In this document: positions 1 to 9,048 of the stretch, one piece after another
Layout: each line of letters starts with the position of its first letter
Numbering within the stretch: the stretch's first letter is position 1
Sequence record: PQ356294.1
Source of the DNA: Escherichia phage Ec_YwIITB1
DNA: 64,000 nucleotides
Direction: 5' to 3' (one strand)
Program-made: the position numbers and the translations under genes
Notes under the pieces: model-generated
Told to the model about the DNA's origin: nothing
The model's input: the letters and a program-made list of their open reading frames with translations, nothing else
Databases searched by the model: none

Positions 1-188
1 GCCATTATATGACCTAATCCGCTCTTGTGGATATTTTTGTGTGTTTTATATTTTCCATCCTTAGAAAATTGTTCCCCGAATTGATACGCGTAGCGCATGT
101 TATCGAGTTGGACATTACTGAAAGTATGCTCGGAGCTATGTGCCATCATTGAAATGGCCAATAGACCAGCGAGTAGTGCTTTTCTCAT
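1..188 (-). CDS. secreted hypothetical protein, N-terminal part only (continues past window start)
   Basis: Minus-strand ATG at 188..186 preceded by GAGGT; translation MRKALLAGLLAISMMAHSSEHTF... is a typical signal peptide; frame open to position 1. Confidence 0.5.
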   Translation of the reverse strand, partial: MRKALLAGLLAISMMAHSSEHTFSNVQLDNMRYAYQFGEQFSKDGKYKTHKNIHKSGLGHIM

Positions 189-195
189 GCTTACC

Positions 196-657
196 TCATT
201 GAGTTTTAATTACTGCTTTAGAAGCCTTTCCTGGTAAACGACGACTGTTAATAATTGCCATCCTACATTGAAGTGACGGGTCTTTGAACTTCGCATTAGG
301 TTTACAAACTGTAAATCCAAGCCAAAGATTTCCATCTGTGATTTCTAAACGTCCAGGACGGTATTCAACCCCATCAATAAAATCCTCATCAATGTCAGGA
401 CGTGGAGGCATACTCAGGAATTCATTAACTTCTAAAACATGGTCTTTTATTTTGTGGAATAATTCAAAAACATATGTCTCATCAATCTCCCGTTGAATTG
501 CACGATCAAGAAGATGCTGAGAATATTTTAGATGAAACGATGAGACCCCTGCTGCTTTTGATGCCTCACGAATCTCATTGTTAATTTGACGAAACTCCGA
601 CTCAAAGTGACGACGAAGCTTATTTCGACGGATAAAAACTTCTGTGTTGATAGTCAT
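196..657 (-). CDS. regB: RegB endoribonuclease
   Basis: 153 aa, basic N-terminus MTINTEVFIRRNKLRR; residues E19, H48, R52, H68 are at the positions I recall as catalytic in T4 RegB; strong AGGAG upstream of ATG. Confidence 0.75.
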   Translation of the reverse strand: MTINTEVFIRRNKLRRHFESEFRQINNEIREASKAAGVSSFHLKYSQHLLDRAIQREIDETYVFELFHKIKDHVLEVNEFLSMPPRPDIDEDFIDGVEYRPGRLEITDGNLWLGFTVCKPNAKFKDPSLQCRMAIINSRRLPGKASKAVIKTQ

Positions 658-684
658 GTTATTCTCCTCTTAACTGATAGAAAA

Positions 685-714
685 ATTATACCACAGTCAA
701 GAGGAAAAGTAAAC
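685..714 (-). promoter_or_regulatory. T4-type early promoter upstream of regB
   Basis: Minus strand reads GTTTAC-18 nt-TATAAT about 30 nt upstream of the regB ATG. Confidence 0.6.
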
Positions 715-716
715 AG

Positions 717-995
717 TTATTCTTTAAATCTAATCAATTTATTCATAGACTTTGAAACTTCTGCACGGACCTCATGTAGGTTTTTAAGCTGTTCAAGACG
801 TTGCTCATAGTAAGCAATTTCATCTTCTTCAAGACAGTCCTGTGAATCTTCTTTAAGATAACGTGCATAGTCCTGGAAAGCTTTACGGACTACTTCCTGG
901 AAATCATCAAGACTTTGAATTTTCTTAGGAGCAACAGATACACGACGAGGGGCAGTATAATACTCATAACCAAACCCTGCGCTTAATTGAGCCAT
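717..995 (-). CDS. hypothetical protein
   Basis: ORF track 717..1037 begins with GTG; first ATG (MAQLSAGF...) at 995 overlaps upstream stop as TAATG. Confidence 0.5.
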   Translation of the reverse strand: MAQLSAGFGYEYYTAPRRVSVAPKKIQSLDDFQEVVRKAFQDYARYLKEDSQDCLEEDEIAYYEQRLEQLKNLHEVRAEVSKSMNKLIRFKE

Positions 996-1261
996 TAATA
1001 TTTTTCCTCTGGTTGGAACACAGCACGACAAGCCCACATACTAGCTTCTTTGAGTTTCGTTTTAGCAATAGTTAACTGATCTAGGCTTTCAGCATAATTC
1101 TTTGCGAATTCGTAGTCTTCACAATTATCTAGTGCTTCCCAAAATTCGTCATATAAAGCATCAAAGATAAGTCCTAAACGAACTTCAGCGTCTTTGATAG
1201 CATTCACTTTATCGATTTTCTCTTCAGTGTGCGGCTTATAACCTTTAATGTCTTCAATCAT
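995..1261 (-). CDS. hypothetical protein (88 aa, acidic)
   Basis: ATG-initiated ORF in the leftward operon, start overlaps the upstream gene. Confidence 0.5.
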   Translation of the reverse strand: MIEDIKGYKPHTEEKIDKVNAIKDAEVRLGLIFDALYDEFWEALDNCEDYEFAKNYAESLDQLTIAKTKLKEASMWACRAVFQPEEKY

Positions 1262-1475
1262 ATTCTACTTCCTCGCCCGTTCCCAAATCATATTCAACTA
1301 AACGAATAGGTTCATGAATGCCATATCCCTGAACAGAAATTTCTGTCGTAGGATAAATTCCACTAATATCACCCATATTCCACGCTTCATTAAATTGCTG
1401 TTCGCCTGAATTACTAAACCATTCTGCGAAAGCATTTAACACATCTTCAGAACCTTCAATAATTATCTTTGCCAT
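1254..1475 (-). CDS. hypothetical protein (73 aa)
   Basis: ATG at 1475 overlaps stop of upstream gene (TAATG). Confidence 0.5.
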   Translation of the reverse strand: MAKIIIEGSEDVLNAFAEWFSNSGEQQFNEAWNMGDISGIYPTTEISVQGYGIHEPIRLVEYDLGTGEEVEYD

Positions 1476-1837
1476 TACAAGCTCTCAGTAAAGGTACGAG
1501 CGATAACATCGCGCTGCTGTTCCGGAGTCAGAGAGTTAAAGCGAACTGCATAACCGGATACACGGATGGTCAGCTGCGGATATTTTTCCGGATGCTTAAC
1601 TGCATCTTCCAGCGTTTCACGACGCAGAACGTTAACGTTCAAGTGCTGACCACCTTCAATTTTAACTGTAGGCTGTGATTCAATTTCAATTTCACGGGCG
1701 TGCAAACCGTAGAAAATTTCTGGGTCTACAAAAGAGTCCTCTTTAAAGGTTTTAGAAACAATAATTCGTGCTTGAATACCATCTTCAAAATAAATAGTAC
1801 CTTTATGTGTGCCTTCAAGAATTTGATATGCTTTCAT
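1475..1837 (-). CDS. autonomous glycyl radical cofactor (GrcA/YfiD-like)
   Basis: C-terminal 55 aa ...[59 protein letters not shown] match the glycyl-radical domain of E. coli YfiD/GrcA with the RVSGY motif; GAGGT RBS; locally GC-rich. Confidence 0.85.
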   Translation of the reverse strand: MKAYQILEGTHKGTIYFEDGIQARIIVSKTFKEDSFVDPEIFYGLHAREIEIESQPTVKIEGGQHLNVNVLRRETLEDAVKHPEKYPQLTIRVSGYAVRFNSLTPEQQRDVIARTFTESL

Positions 1838-1843
1838 ATAACC

Positions 1844-2173
1844 TCAATTAGAAAATAAATTTATCCAAGATTGTTCTTTAATTAAAAATGGCTCAGAATC
1901 ATATGCCATTAAACTTTGGGTGATTAGTCCTTTAAAAGGCCCATCAATAAATTCCATGGTAAAATATGGAATTTTATTCATTAGTCGTGCATTAGGAGCA
2001 GTGCACAAAACTCTGCATCCTTTGAATACGCCTTTTTGTAATTTGTATTGCTTAGGATAAAATTCGCTCAAGACGTTGTTATTTGCCAAAATTTCAAAAT
2101 GATTCACCAATTTATTTTTAATAGTTTTTGGCGAAAAATAAAGATATTCGAAAAGCTGTGTGTCTGTCATCAT
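1844..2173 (-). CDS. hypothetical protein
   Basis: ORF track 1844..2224; likely start at ATGATGA overlap with upstream stop (MMTDTQLF...). Confidence 0.45.
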   Translation of the reverse strand: MMTDTQLFEYLYFSPKTIKNKLVNHFEILANNNVLSEFYPKQYKLQKGVFKGCRVLCTAPNARLMNKIPYFTMEFIDGPFKGLITQSLMAYDSEPFLIKEQSWINLFSN

Positions 2174-2757
2174 TGCATTCCGATTACGAAAAACTGCGGA
2201 CGAGTAATACCACCAATGCAACATTTAATATTACAGCAGTGTTGCACAGTTTCAATATGAATATCGTAAATTTTATCCATATCAGGAGATTTAACAGGCT
2301 CATCGATTATATACAAAATTCGCGAAAGAGATAAACCTCTGAACTTGCTTCCTTTATTACCGATAAAACTACGGACAGAATCAGTAAATAAGCGGAATCG
2401 AATATCATCGCTAGAATAACGAGAAAATTCTTTTTTAATGTGGTCCGCAGAAATTTTAGCGTAAGATGAAGTATTAGAAAGAACAATAACTGTTCCACCG
2501 TCATACAACCAATTAGCAGCAAAGTTAGTCACAGCAATTGATTTACCGGATTGACGTCCACCATCTAGTCGAAGTGTGCAGTATTCTTTAAATAAATGTG
2601 GCGGATCAGGTACATAAAATCTATTACAAATTTCTTCTACTCTAGCATCAGAATGGTGTGTAAAAGCATTCATCAGGGATAGATAAGGACCAGTTAAAAA
2701 TGTTCTCATTTTGTTATCTCTAAATTTGGGCCATTCCATGGCGCATGAATTTTCCAT
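2170..2757 (-). CDS. P-loop NTPase-like hypothetical protein
   Basis: Walker A GGRQSGKS and Walker B-like ILYIIDE; alternative start MRTFLTG at 2709. Confidence 0.55.
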   Translation of the reverse strand: MENSCAMEWPKFRDNKMRTFLTGPYLSLMNAFTHHSDARVEEICNRFYVPDPPHLFKEYCTLRLDGGRQSGKSIAVTNFAANWLYDGGTVIVLSNTSSYAKISADHIKKEFSRYSSDDIRFRLFTDSVRSFIGNKGSKFRGLSLSRILYIIDEPVKSPDMDKIYDIHIETVQHCCNIKCCIGGITRPQFFVIGMQ

Positions 2758-2862
2758 TTCTGTATTTACCCATTACCGCGCTCAGGCTCGACCTTATTAC
2801 AGGTTGGCGGGAATCCCTCATAGAATCATGAGGTCCAGCTTGTTCCCATATTTCTTATTTGC

Positions 2863-3336
2863 TTATTTGAATGATTTGACGTACTGAATAGAGCCTTTGC
2901 TATTCACGAAAGCGATTTTACCATTTTTGTTATACATGGTAGCAGTACGCTGATAACCATAAGTTTGTTTACCAGATTGATAACCAACTAATGCGAAATT
3001 ATCTTCACCCATTTTATTCTGCTTAGCGCGGATACGTTCATGACCGTGTGCCATAAGAACCTTAGCGTCGCCAGTTGCAATGGATCTACGAGTTTTTTCA
3101 TCTTCAACTGTATTAACAAAATCGTCAAATGAATCAAATTTAGCATGAGATTTATTATACAGTTTTCCATCTACTGCATAATTATATCCCTGTACATCCA
3201 TCTCAACTTCTGTACCATCATCCAATACAGCAGTGATTTTTTGACCTTTTTTAAATTTCAAAAGATCAGTAAAAGATTCAGCGATAATTTGAGAATTAAT
3301 AGCTGCTTCAGTGATAAATTCTTGATATGTTTTCAT
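2863..3336 (-). CDS. internal head protein (capsid-targeting-sequence family, IPII/IPIII-like)
   Basis: N-terminus MKTYQEFITEA matches the T4 internal-protein capsid targeting sequence ending in a gp21-type LxE site; located beside denV and e as ipII/ipIII are in T4. Confidence 0.7.
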   Translation of the reverse strand: MKTYQEFITEAAINSQIIAESFTDLLKFKKGQKITAVLDDGTEVEMDVQGYNYAVDGKLYNKSHAKFDSFDDFVNTVEDEKTRRSIATGDAKVLMAHGHERIRAKQNKMGEDNFALVGYQSGKQTYGYQRTATMYNKNGKIAFVNSKGSIQYVKSFK

Positions 3337-3345
3337 GTGTTTCCT

Positions 3346-3762
3346 TTAAATGTAAATAGTTTTACCGTAGTATTTATACCAGTATGGCTTCATTAAAATT
3401 TTTTCATAGAGTCGTTGTTGACTCAATTTAATAGCTGATTTGCATGGATTATAATCATTTTTCCATTCTGCTGGAATATCGCTGATGTCAGGAACTTCAG
3501 TATCTTTTATACTAAACCCACGTTTTAAGCATTCCATTATAATGTCTGATTGACGCTTTCGCAAAAATTCTAACTTATCGTAAAAGAACGTGACATGACC
3601 AGAACCTAAAATAAACTCGGAAGATATTTTAAAATCTTTAACCCGTTTACCATTTGCCACGTGTTTACGAACTATACCAAAAACACGTGGCAATTCACGG
3701 TATTCCGCAATTAAATGTTGGTCAGCAAGTTCAGATACTAAAGTCAAATTAATACGAGTCAT
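3346..3762 (-). CDS. denV: endonuclease V (pyrimidine dimer DNA glycosylase)
   Basis: 138 aa, [17 protein letters not shown]...[10 protein letters not shown]...WYKYYGK matches T4 EndoV nearly throughout. Confidence 0.95.
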   Translation of the reverse strand: MTRINLTLVSELADQHLIAEYRELPRVFGIVRKHVANGKRVKDFKISSEFILGSGHVTFFYDKLEFLRKRQSDIIMECLKRGFSIKDTEVPDISDIPAEWKNDYNPCKSAIKLSQQRLYEKILMKPYWYKYYGKTIYI

Positions 3763-3821
3763 TTTATCTCTCCAAGTAACTGTGAATATACTATCGCAGT
3801 TTTAGGAGAAAATAAATAACT

Positions 3822-4352
<531 letters not shown>

Positions 4353-4793
4353 TTAAAAGAGGCTGTTCATTATTCGGTAAAGTGAAGGGCCCATCACATA
4401 TTGCCACTGAGTACGAGGAATAAGAGCAAAAGCATCCATCTCTGGAATCATAACGCCATCTTTATTTTCAAAATAAGACTCACAACAGCAATTTCTAAAC
4501 ATCTCATGCTCTACTGGAATCGTATAGTAAAATAACTGTAAGTCTTTATTACTAGAATATTTAAATACACCTAAGTCTTCTAGAAGGTCTGGATTATAAT
4601 TGCTAAAGCCAGTCTCTTCTAAGCATTCTCTTCGTGCTGCATCTAGCGCGCTTAAATCAGAATTTTCTACACGCCCCTTTGGAATATCCCAGCGATGTGC
4701 CATCATTCCATGCTTACGAGAACCAGTAACTCGTCCCATAAATAAATCTTTATCTTCTGTCATAAAGATAATACCAGCTGATAGTGTTTTCAT
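4353..4793 (-). CDS. nudE: Nudix hydrolase
   Basis: Nudix box GRVENSDLSALDAARRECLEETGF; probable start MKTLSAGIIF at ATGA overlap with upstream stop (ORF track extends to 4808). Confidence 0.85.
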   Translation of the reverse strand: MKTLSAGIIFMTEDKDLFMGRVTGSRKHGMMAHRWDIPKGRVENSDLSALDAARRECLEETGFSNYNPDLLEDLGVFKYSSNKDLQLFYYTIPVEHEMFRNCCCESYFENKDGVMIPEMDAFALIPRTQWQYVMGPSLYRIMNSLF

Positions 4794-5278
4794 TTTAATT
4801 TCCTGCATTCAGTGATAAAATTATTTAAATTTTGAGCATATTTCTTTTCATCAAAAATCTTTTGTTGCCTGCGCATCCGCCATGGCATTTCAATGAACAT
4901 GTACCATATTCCTGATAATATTGATGCTGTAAAAATATTAACAAGTATGATTAAAAGAATCCAATCTTCCGTTCTGCCTACTGGACTTTCTATAAAAAAG
5001 CAAAATACAAATGATGACACAGGAAAACTAATGATATACCACAGAATCATAATCTTATCTGTGAACCATTCAGCATTCGTTAACTTAGCACGGCCATTAT
5101 GAATACACACGAATTTATCATCTGTTACAGTAGATGGCTTAACTGCTTGATATCCCATTCTAAACTCCCTAATTAATCGTTTCTTTGTATCTTCAGAACA
5201 GCCGCTCCAGTCAACTCTATCAACTGAAATGCCATCGTCCCCATCATCTAAATCATACCAGTGAGTTTTTAAAATCAT
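4790..5278 (-). CDS. small membrane protein (e.2-region)
   Basis: 162 aa with hydrophobic helices; ATGA overlap with upstream stop. Confidence 0.55.
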   Translation of the reverse strand: MILKTHWYDLDDGDDGISVDRVDWSGCSEDTKKRLIREFRMGYQAVKPSTVTDDKFVCIHNGRAKLTNAEWFTDKIMILWYIISFPVSSFVFCFFIESPVGRTEDWILLIILVNIFTASILSGIWYMFIEMPWRMRRQQKIFDEKKYAQNLNNFITECRKLK

Positions 5279-5650
5279 TTAATTTTCCTACAATCACTCA
5301 CAAACTCTTCCATTGATTCTTTTTCAATATAAGACATATAGCTATTATATTCCTTTAATTGTATTTTGTAATCCTTTTTTCTTTGCCAATTTATTTTAAA
5401 ATTATCATAATGAAAATATAACATGGTACCAAAGAATGAAAATAATGAAATCGCTATAGTATAATGAAGTTCACTCCAAACTTCTATTATATCTACTATA
5501 CCGCTGACGTTACTGCGGATGTTTAAAATAAAACAGTCAATTAACAATCCAATAAAAACTACCCGCAAGAGCTGCAGCCAATGCCACAGCAAAAATTGAA
5601 AATGACTCAGAAAAAGAATATTTGACTTTATTTAGTTTTGGCTTTTGCAT
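5275..5650 (-). CDS. small membrane protein, apparently frameshifted
   Basis: ATG at 5650 with AGGAA RBS opens a 37-codon frame (MQKPKLNKVKYSFSESFSIFAVALAAALAG...) that overlaps the 105-aa ORF 5275..5592, which itself only has a TTG start; the two join if a T5 run near 5554..5558 is really T4. Confidence 0.4.
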
Positions 5651-6024
5651 CGTGATTCCTTAACAAATTTCATAATTTCATCAAATTCATACATATCTAG
5701 CTTAAGCTGGTGTTCCTTTTTAATCTTTTTACACTGAGCTTTCCAATCACGTACGCGTTTACGATAATGTCTTCCTTGATACCAGTATCCTACCCAATTT
5801 ACAGGTACTAATAAAAGCGGAACTACCAATGGAAGAATTAGTGTTGCTCCAAATATTACACCAGATTCAATATCAGTCATAACGTCTATAACCATTCCAG
5901 CAATCACCAAAATCACAAATGATACAGCTACCACAGGACCTATTAACACATCAGTAGAAATTAGCTGACGCTTTGGTTCATACTTCACGGGTTTACTTGG
6001 AAGGTATAGTGATGGCTTTGACAT
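5632..6024 (-). CDS. small membrane protein
   Basis: ORF track 5632..6045 starts at TTG; ATG (MSKPSLYLPSKP...) at 6024; hydrophobic helices. Confidence 0.5.
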   Translation of the reverse strand: MSKPSLYLPSKPVKYEPKRQLISTDVLIGPVVAVSFVILVIAGMVIDVMTDIESGVIFGATLILPLVVPLLLVPVNWVGYWYQGRHYRKRVRDWKAQCKKIKKEHQLKLDMYEFDEIMKFVKESRCKSQN

Positions 6025-6601
6025 ATTCTCTACATTCCTTAACAAATTTTTCTAATAATAAATCGCTTTCAAAATTGGGATTTTCTACGAATTTATCAAA
6101 AAGATCATCAACAATAGTTAAGATATTCTTTTTACTAAGAATACGCTTATTTTCATATTTTGTTTCAGAGTCAACTATAAGAGTAAAGAAATATTTCTTT
6201 CCCTGAAATTTTACCGTAGTATCAATATAAAATAAATTTGATTTTTGTAAATTACGTTTAAACCATGCATCACTTAAACTATAAACGCCAAGATAATCAT
6301 AATCGTCGTTTAAATAACAAACCGTCCATTCAGGAGAAATGAAATCAGTAAATTCAACATCAAAATCACATGTCAATGAATGAATTGATTCAATACTGTT
6401 AATGAGTATTCCAGGACGTATTAAAGACTTTTTACCTCTATAAAATCTTCCAGAAAGACTTTCATCAGTTTCATATGAAGACCCCCTATAGTAATTACGT
6501 CCTTCTGCCATACGTTTAAGAGCATTTAGTAATTGGTCTGGAACATCAACCTGTCTTTGGAACTCTTCAAACATTGAATTGAAATCACTTTGCATTTTCA
6601 T
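5993..6601 (-). CDS. hypothetical protein (202 aa)
   Basis: ATG-initiated ORF; C-terminal codons overlap the start region of the downstream gene. Confidence 0.55.
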   Translation of the reverse strand: MKMQSDFNSMFEEFQRQVDVPDQLLNALKRMAEGRNYYRGSSYETDESLSGRFYRGKKSLIRPGILINSIESIHSLTCDFDVEFTDFISPEWTVCYLNDDYDYLGVYSLSDAWFKRNLQKSNLFYIDTTVKFQGKKYFFTLIVDSETKYENKRILSKKNILTIVDDLFDKFVENPNFESDLLLEKFVKECREYVKAITIPSK

Positions 6602-6642
6602 TCCTATTTACTCCAAGTATAAGGGGCCGAAGCCCCTTATCA

Positions 6643-7236
6643 TTATTTCAGAGAATTAATGTATTCCTGAACATCGGCAGAGGTAGTTTCAACCCCGGAA
6701 ATATTACCATTAAAGGTTTCAACTCGAGCAAGAGTATCTTCAATATCAACCTTAGTCAGCGCTGCAATTTCAACTACATCATCGGCAGTACTAATTCCAA
6801 GGGCATTTGCCGCACGAGTTTCACGGATATATTCCAATTTAACTGCAAGCTCTTGACGAGCATCATCTAACTCAACTACTTTCTTGGCGATTTCAATTCG
6901 CATTTCAGCATAACCGTCAGCTTTAGTAGTCAACTGCTCAGCTGTTCGACGATATAGCAAGCCGAGTTTAGCGTGCATTGTTACATCTTGACCTTCGGAA
7001 AGAAGTTTACGAATTTCACGCTCTTTTGATTCAGCCTGTCGATTCTTTTCGACAATAAGTTCACGAATACGTTTTTCTTCATTAATAGATTTAACAGAAG
7101 CAGTTTTTAGATCTTTAATTTTATCAAGCAGTTTTGCCGCCGCAGCAGTATACTGTTCTTCAACAGATAGATTTTTAGCCATAGCAGAACCAAGTTTAGT
7201 GCGAATAAACTCAACAATTTTCTTTAGTGTGTTCAT
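6643..7236 (-). CDS. coiled-coil hypothetical protein
   Basis: 197 aa, heptad-rich K/E/R/A/L sequence; weak architectural resemblance to PspA/IM30 family, unverified. Confidence 0.5.
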   Translation of the reverse strand: MNTLKKIVEFIRTKLGSAMAKNLSVEEQYTAAAAKLLDKIKDLKTASVKSINEEKRIRELIVEKNRQAESKEREIRKLLSEGQDVTMHAKLGLLYRRTAEQLTTKADGYAEMRIEIAKKVVELDDARQELAVKLEYIRETRAANALGISTADDVVEIAALTKVDIEDTLARVETFNGNISGVETTSADVQEYINSLK

Positions 7237-7278
7237 AGTATTTCCTTAGGTTGATTAAAAATAAAATCTGTGGAAGAA

Positions 7279-7809
7279 TTATATCATACTATTTAAGAGA
7301 TGTAAACTATTTTTAATTTTACAAATTCGTTCAGCTTCTTCAACGGCGGCGGCGATAATGCTTTTAGCTATAGGAGTACTAATACTAGTAGCTTTTACAC
7401 TTAACACGATTTCTTTATCTTTACTAGGCCAACCCCATGATTTTTCACCATGAGTGCCTTTAATTACAGCAGACACCTCAAGTGAGCATCCACTGTCACA
7501 TGTTTTTACATTAACAACCCAAGGGTCACTTTTCTCAACCGATTTCTCAGCCGGTTTATCCCAGTAAATATTAAGAATACGTGGGACATCAAATTTAGCA
7601 GGGCAAATCTTAACTGTAAGACCTTCGCTTTCTAGCCAATTAATAAGAGGGCGTTCATACATGCGGCGATGTGGGCTTTGGACTCGACAAGCCTTGTGCC
7701 CATTGCTTGCGGCTTCACTAAGCTGTTCTAATACCTGTTTTTGCATTATTGATAAGATATCATCAAAAGATTTTTCGGAAGTTTCATTCAGTTCGGTATA
7801 AAGAGACAT
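7279..7809 (-). CDS. hypothetical protein
   Basis: ORF track begins at TTG (7824); ATG (MSLYTELNE...) at 7809 with GAGGAAA RBS. Confidence 0.5.
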   Translation of the reverse strand: MSLYTELNETSEKSFDDILSIMQKQVLEQLSEAASNGHKACRVQSPHRRMYERPLINWLESEGLTVKICPAKFDVPRILNIYWDKPAEKSVEKSDPWVVNVKTCDSGCSLEVSAVIKGTHGEKSWGWPSKDKEIVLSVKATSISTPIAKSIIAAAVEEAERICKIKNSLHLLNSMI

Positions 7810-7830
7810 AGCGGTTTTCCTCAAATTGTA

Positions 7831-7865
7831 GGCTCATAATATCTCAATCATGAGCCTGTGTAAAC
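7831..7865 (-). promoter_or_regulatory. T4-type early promoter with stem-loop (PeSL-like)
   Basis: Minus strand GTTTAC-N18-TATTAT; inverted repeat ggctcat/atgagcc encloses the -10 region. Confidence 0.55.
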
Positions 7866-8129
7866 TTATTTCATATTATTGAAATATTCTTCTGCGATTT
7901 CGTCGTTATCGTGGTAAACTTTAGAAGACAGTTTAACATAACCTTCTGCTGTAAACATATTAATCACAACTTTTACAGTATACCACTGACCATCTTCATT
8001 ACCCATTACTGCGTAAGTTTCAAACATCGGATGATCAGGACCGATAACTTTAATATCATTCACTGTACGACCGAAATCTTCTGAAACGCATTTCATAAAG
8101 AAGTTGAACAGTTCGCCGTAATTATCCAT
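7866..8129 (-). CDS. hypothetical protein (87 aa)
   Basis: ORF track starts at TTG 8141; ATG (MDNYGELF...) at 8129 with GGAG RBS. Confidence 0.5.
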   Translation of the reverse strand: MDNYGELFNFFMKCVSEDFGRTVNDIKVIGPDHPMFETYAVMGNEDGQWYTVKVVINMFTAEGYVKLSSKVYHDNDEIAEEYFNNMK

Positions 8130-8172
8130 TTCATTCTCCAAGTTGTTTTCTATATCAGTAGTTGATAGTTGT

Positions 8173-8202
8173 ATAGTACCATGGAAGAACAGAGATGTAA
8201 AC
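8173..8202 (-). promoter_or_regulatory. T4-type early promoter
   Basis: Minus strand aaaacgGTTTACa-N18-TACTAT upstream of gene 7866..8129. Confidence 0.5.
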
Positions 8203-8323
8203 CGTTTTGTGAAAAAAAGTTTTAGGGAATTCTGGGGCAGGGAGGGGCAATTAAAAGGTAGGATAATATATTATAAAGGGTATAAACTAAATGATGCCTA
8301 GAAAGGCCCAGAAAGGCCTAGAT

Positions 8324-8351
8324 ACCAAAAAGCCCTATCATTTAGATAGGG
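8324..8351 (-). terminator. intrinsic terminator hairpin
   Basis: Inverted repeat ccctatc/gataggg followed on the minus strand by a T-run, just after the stop of gene 8360..8923. Confidence 0.55.
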
Positions 8352-8359
8352 ATTTAAAA

Positions 8360-8923
8360 TTATTTATCTAGTTTAGTTATTATAGCTTCTGCAGCAGCTT
8401 TTAGCTTAGATGCGGTGTTAATACGATTTTTAATTTCAGTATACGCGTCGCCAAGAACATCAAGGCTATCAGAATAAACACTTACACTATTGCGTTCGCT
8501 ATTTGAAATAGAACCTTTAGTTTTGCGGTCAAAATCGGTGTACACGTCTTGAAGATCGCGGGCTGCCTTCTTTGCATCATCCAATGCATCAAGAGCTTTA
8601 TTCAAAGCATTAACGTATTTTTTAGTGTCGAACATATTCTTAGAAATTTTAACAGGTGCGCGTTCAGGAGTAGCTAACACAGATTTAGGAACCTGAGCAC
8701 CAGATGCCAATTTCTTGGAAATTTTGAAAAATGCTTTATTGAATTTATTTTCTTGACTCATTGTAAAAGAACTATTATCGATGTTGTACATTTCAATAGC
8801 TTTAGCTTTCCACTTAAGAAAATCGCCGCGGTCTTTTGGGTCCAAGTGGAAGAATACTTTAGTAAGATCTGCTTCAGATGGTAATTTTGCTGCTTCGGTT
8901 AAAAATTCGGCATAGGTTTTCAT
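8360..8923 (-). CDS. internal head protein-like (capsid-targeting-sequence family)
   Basis: N-terminus MKTYAEFLTEAA matches the T4 internal-protein targeting sequence; 187 aa. Confidence 0.65.
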   Translation of the reverse strand: MKTYAEFLTEAAKLPSEADLTKVFFHLDPKDRGDFLKWKAKAIEMYNIDNSSFTMSQENKFNKAFFKISKKLASGAQVPKSVLATPERAPVKISKNMFDTKKYVNALNKALDALDDAKKAARDLQDVYTDFDRKTKGSISNSERNSVSVYSDSLDVLGDAYTEIKNRINTASKLKAAAEAIITKLDK

Positions 8924-9011
8924 TTAAAATCCTTGAAATAATTTATCGGTTGGTTATTAATTATTTATTACTTTGTTATTATCCGTAACAGCATTCTATA
9001 TGTGATTCAAA

Positions 9012-9041
9012 CTAAAAAGCCCCAACCTTTTGGTCAGGGCT
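9012..9041 (-). terminator. intrinsic terminator hairpin
   Basis: agccccaacc-tttt-ggtcagggct hairpin followed on the minus strand by TTTTT, after the stop of gene 9049..9522. Confidence 0.55.
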
Positions 9042-9048
9042 AAGAATG

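Noticed and set aside
2757-2862. Late promoter upstream of the P-loop gene (gTAAATAcag)
   Set aside because: Lacks the leading TA of TATAAATA; too degenerate to call
8301-8320. Direct repeat agaaaggcc x2 as a possible CRISPR-like or iteron repeat
   Set aside because: Only two short copies that form a small hairpin next to a terminator; no array structure
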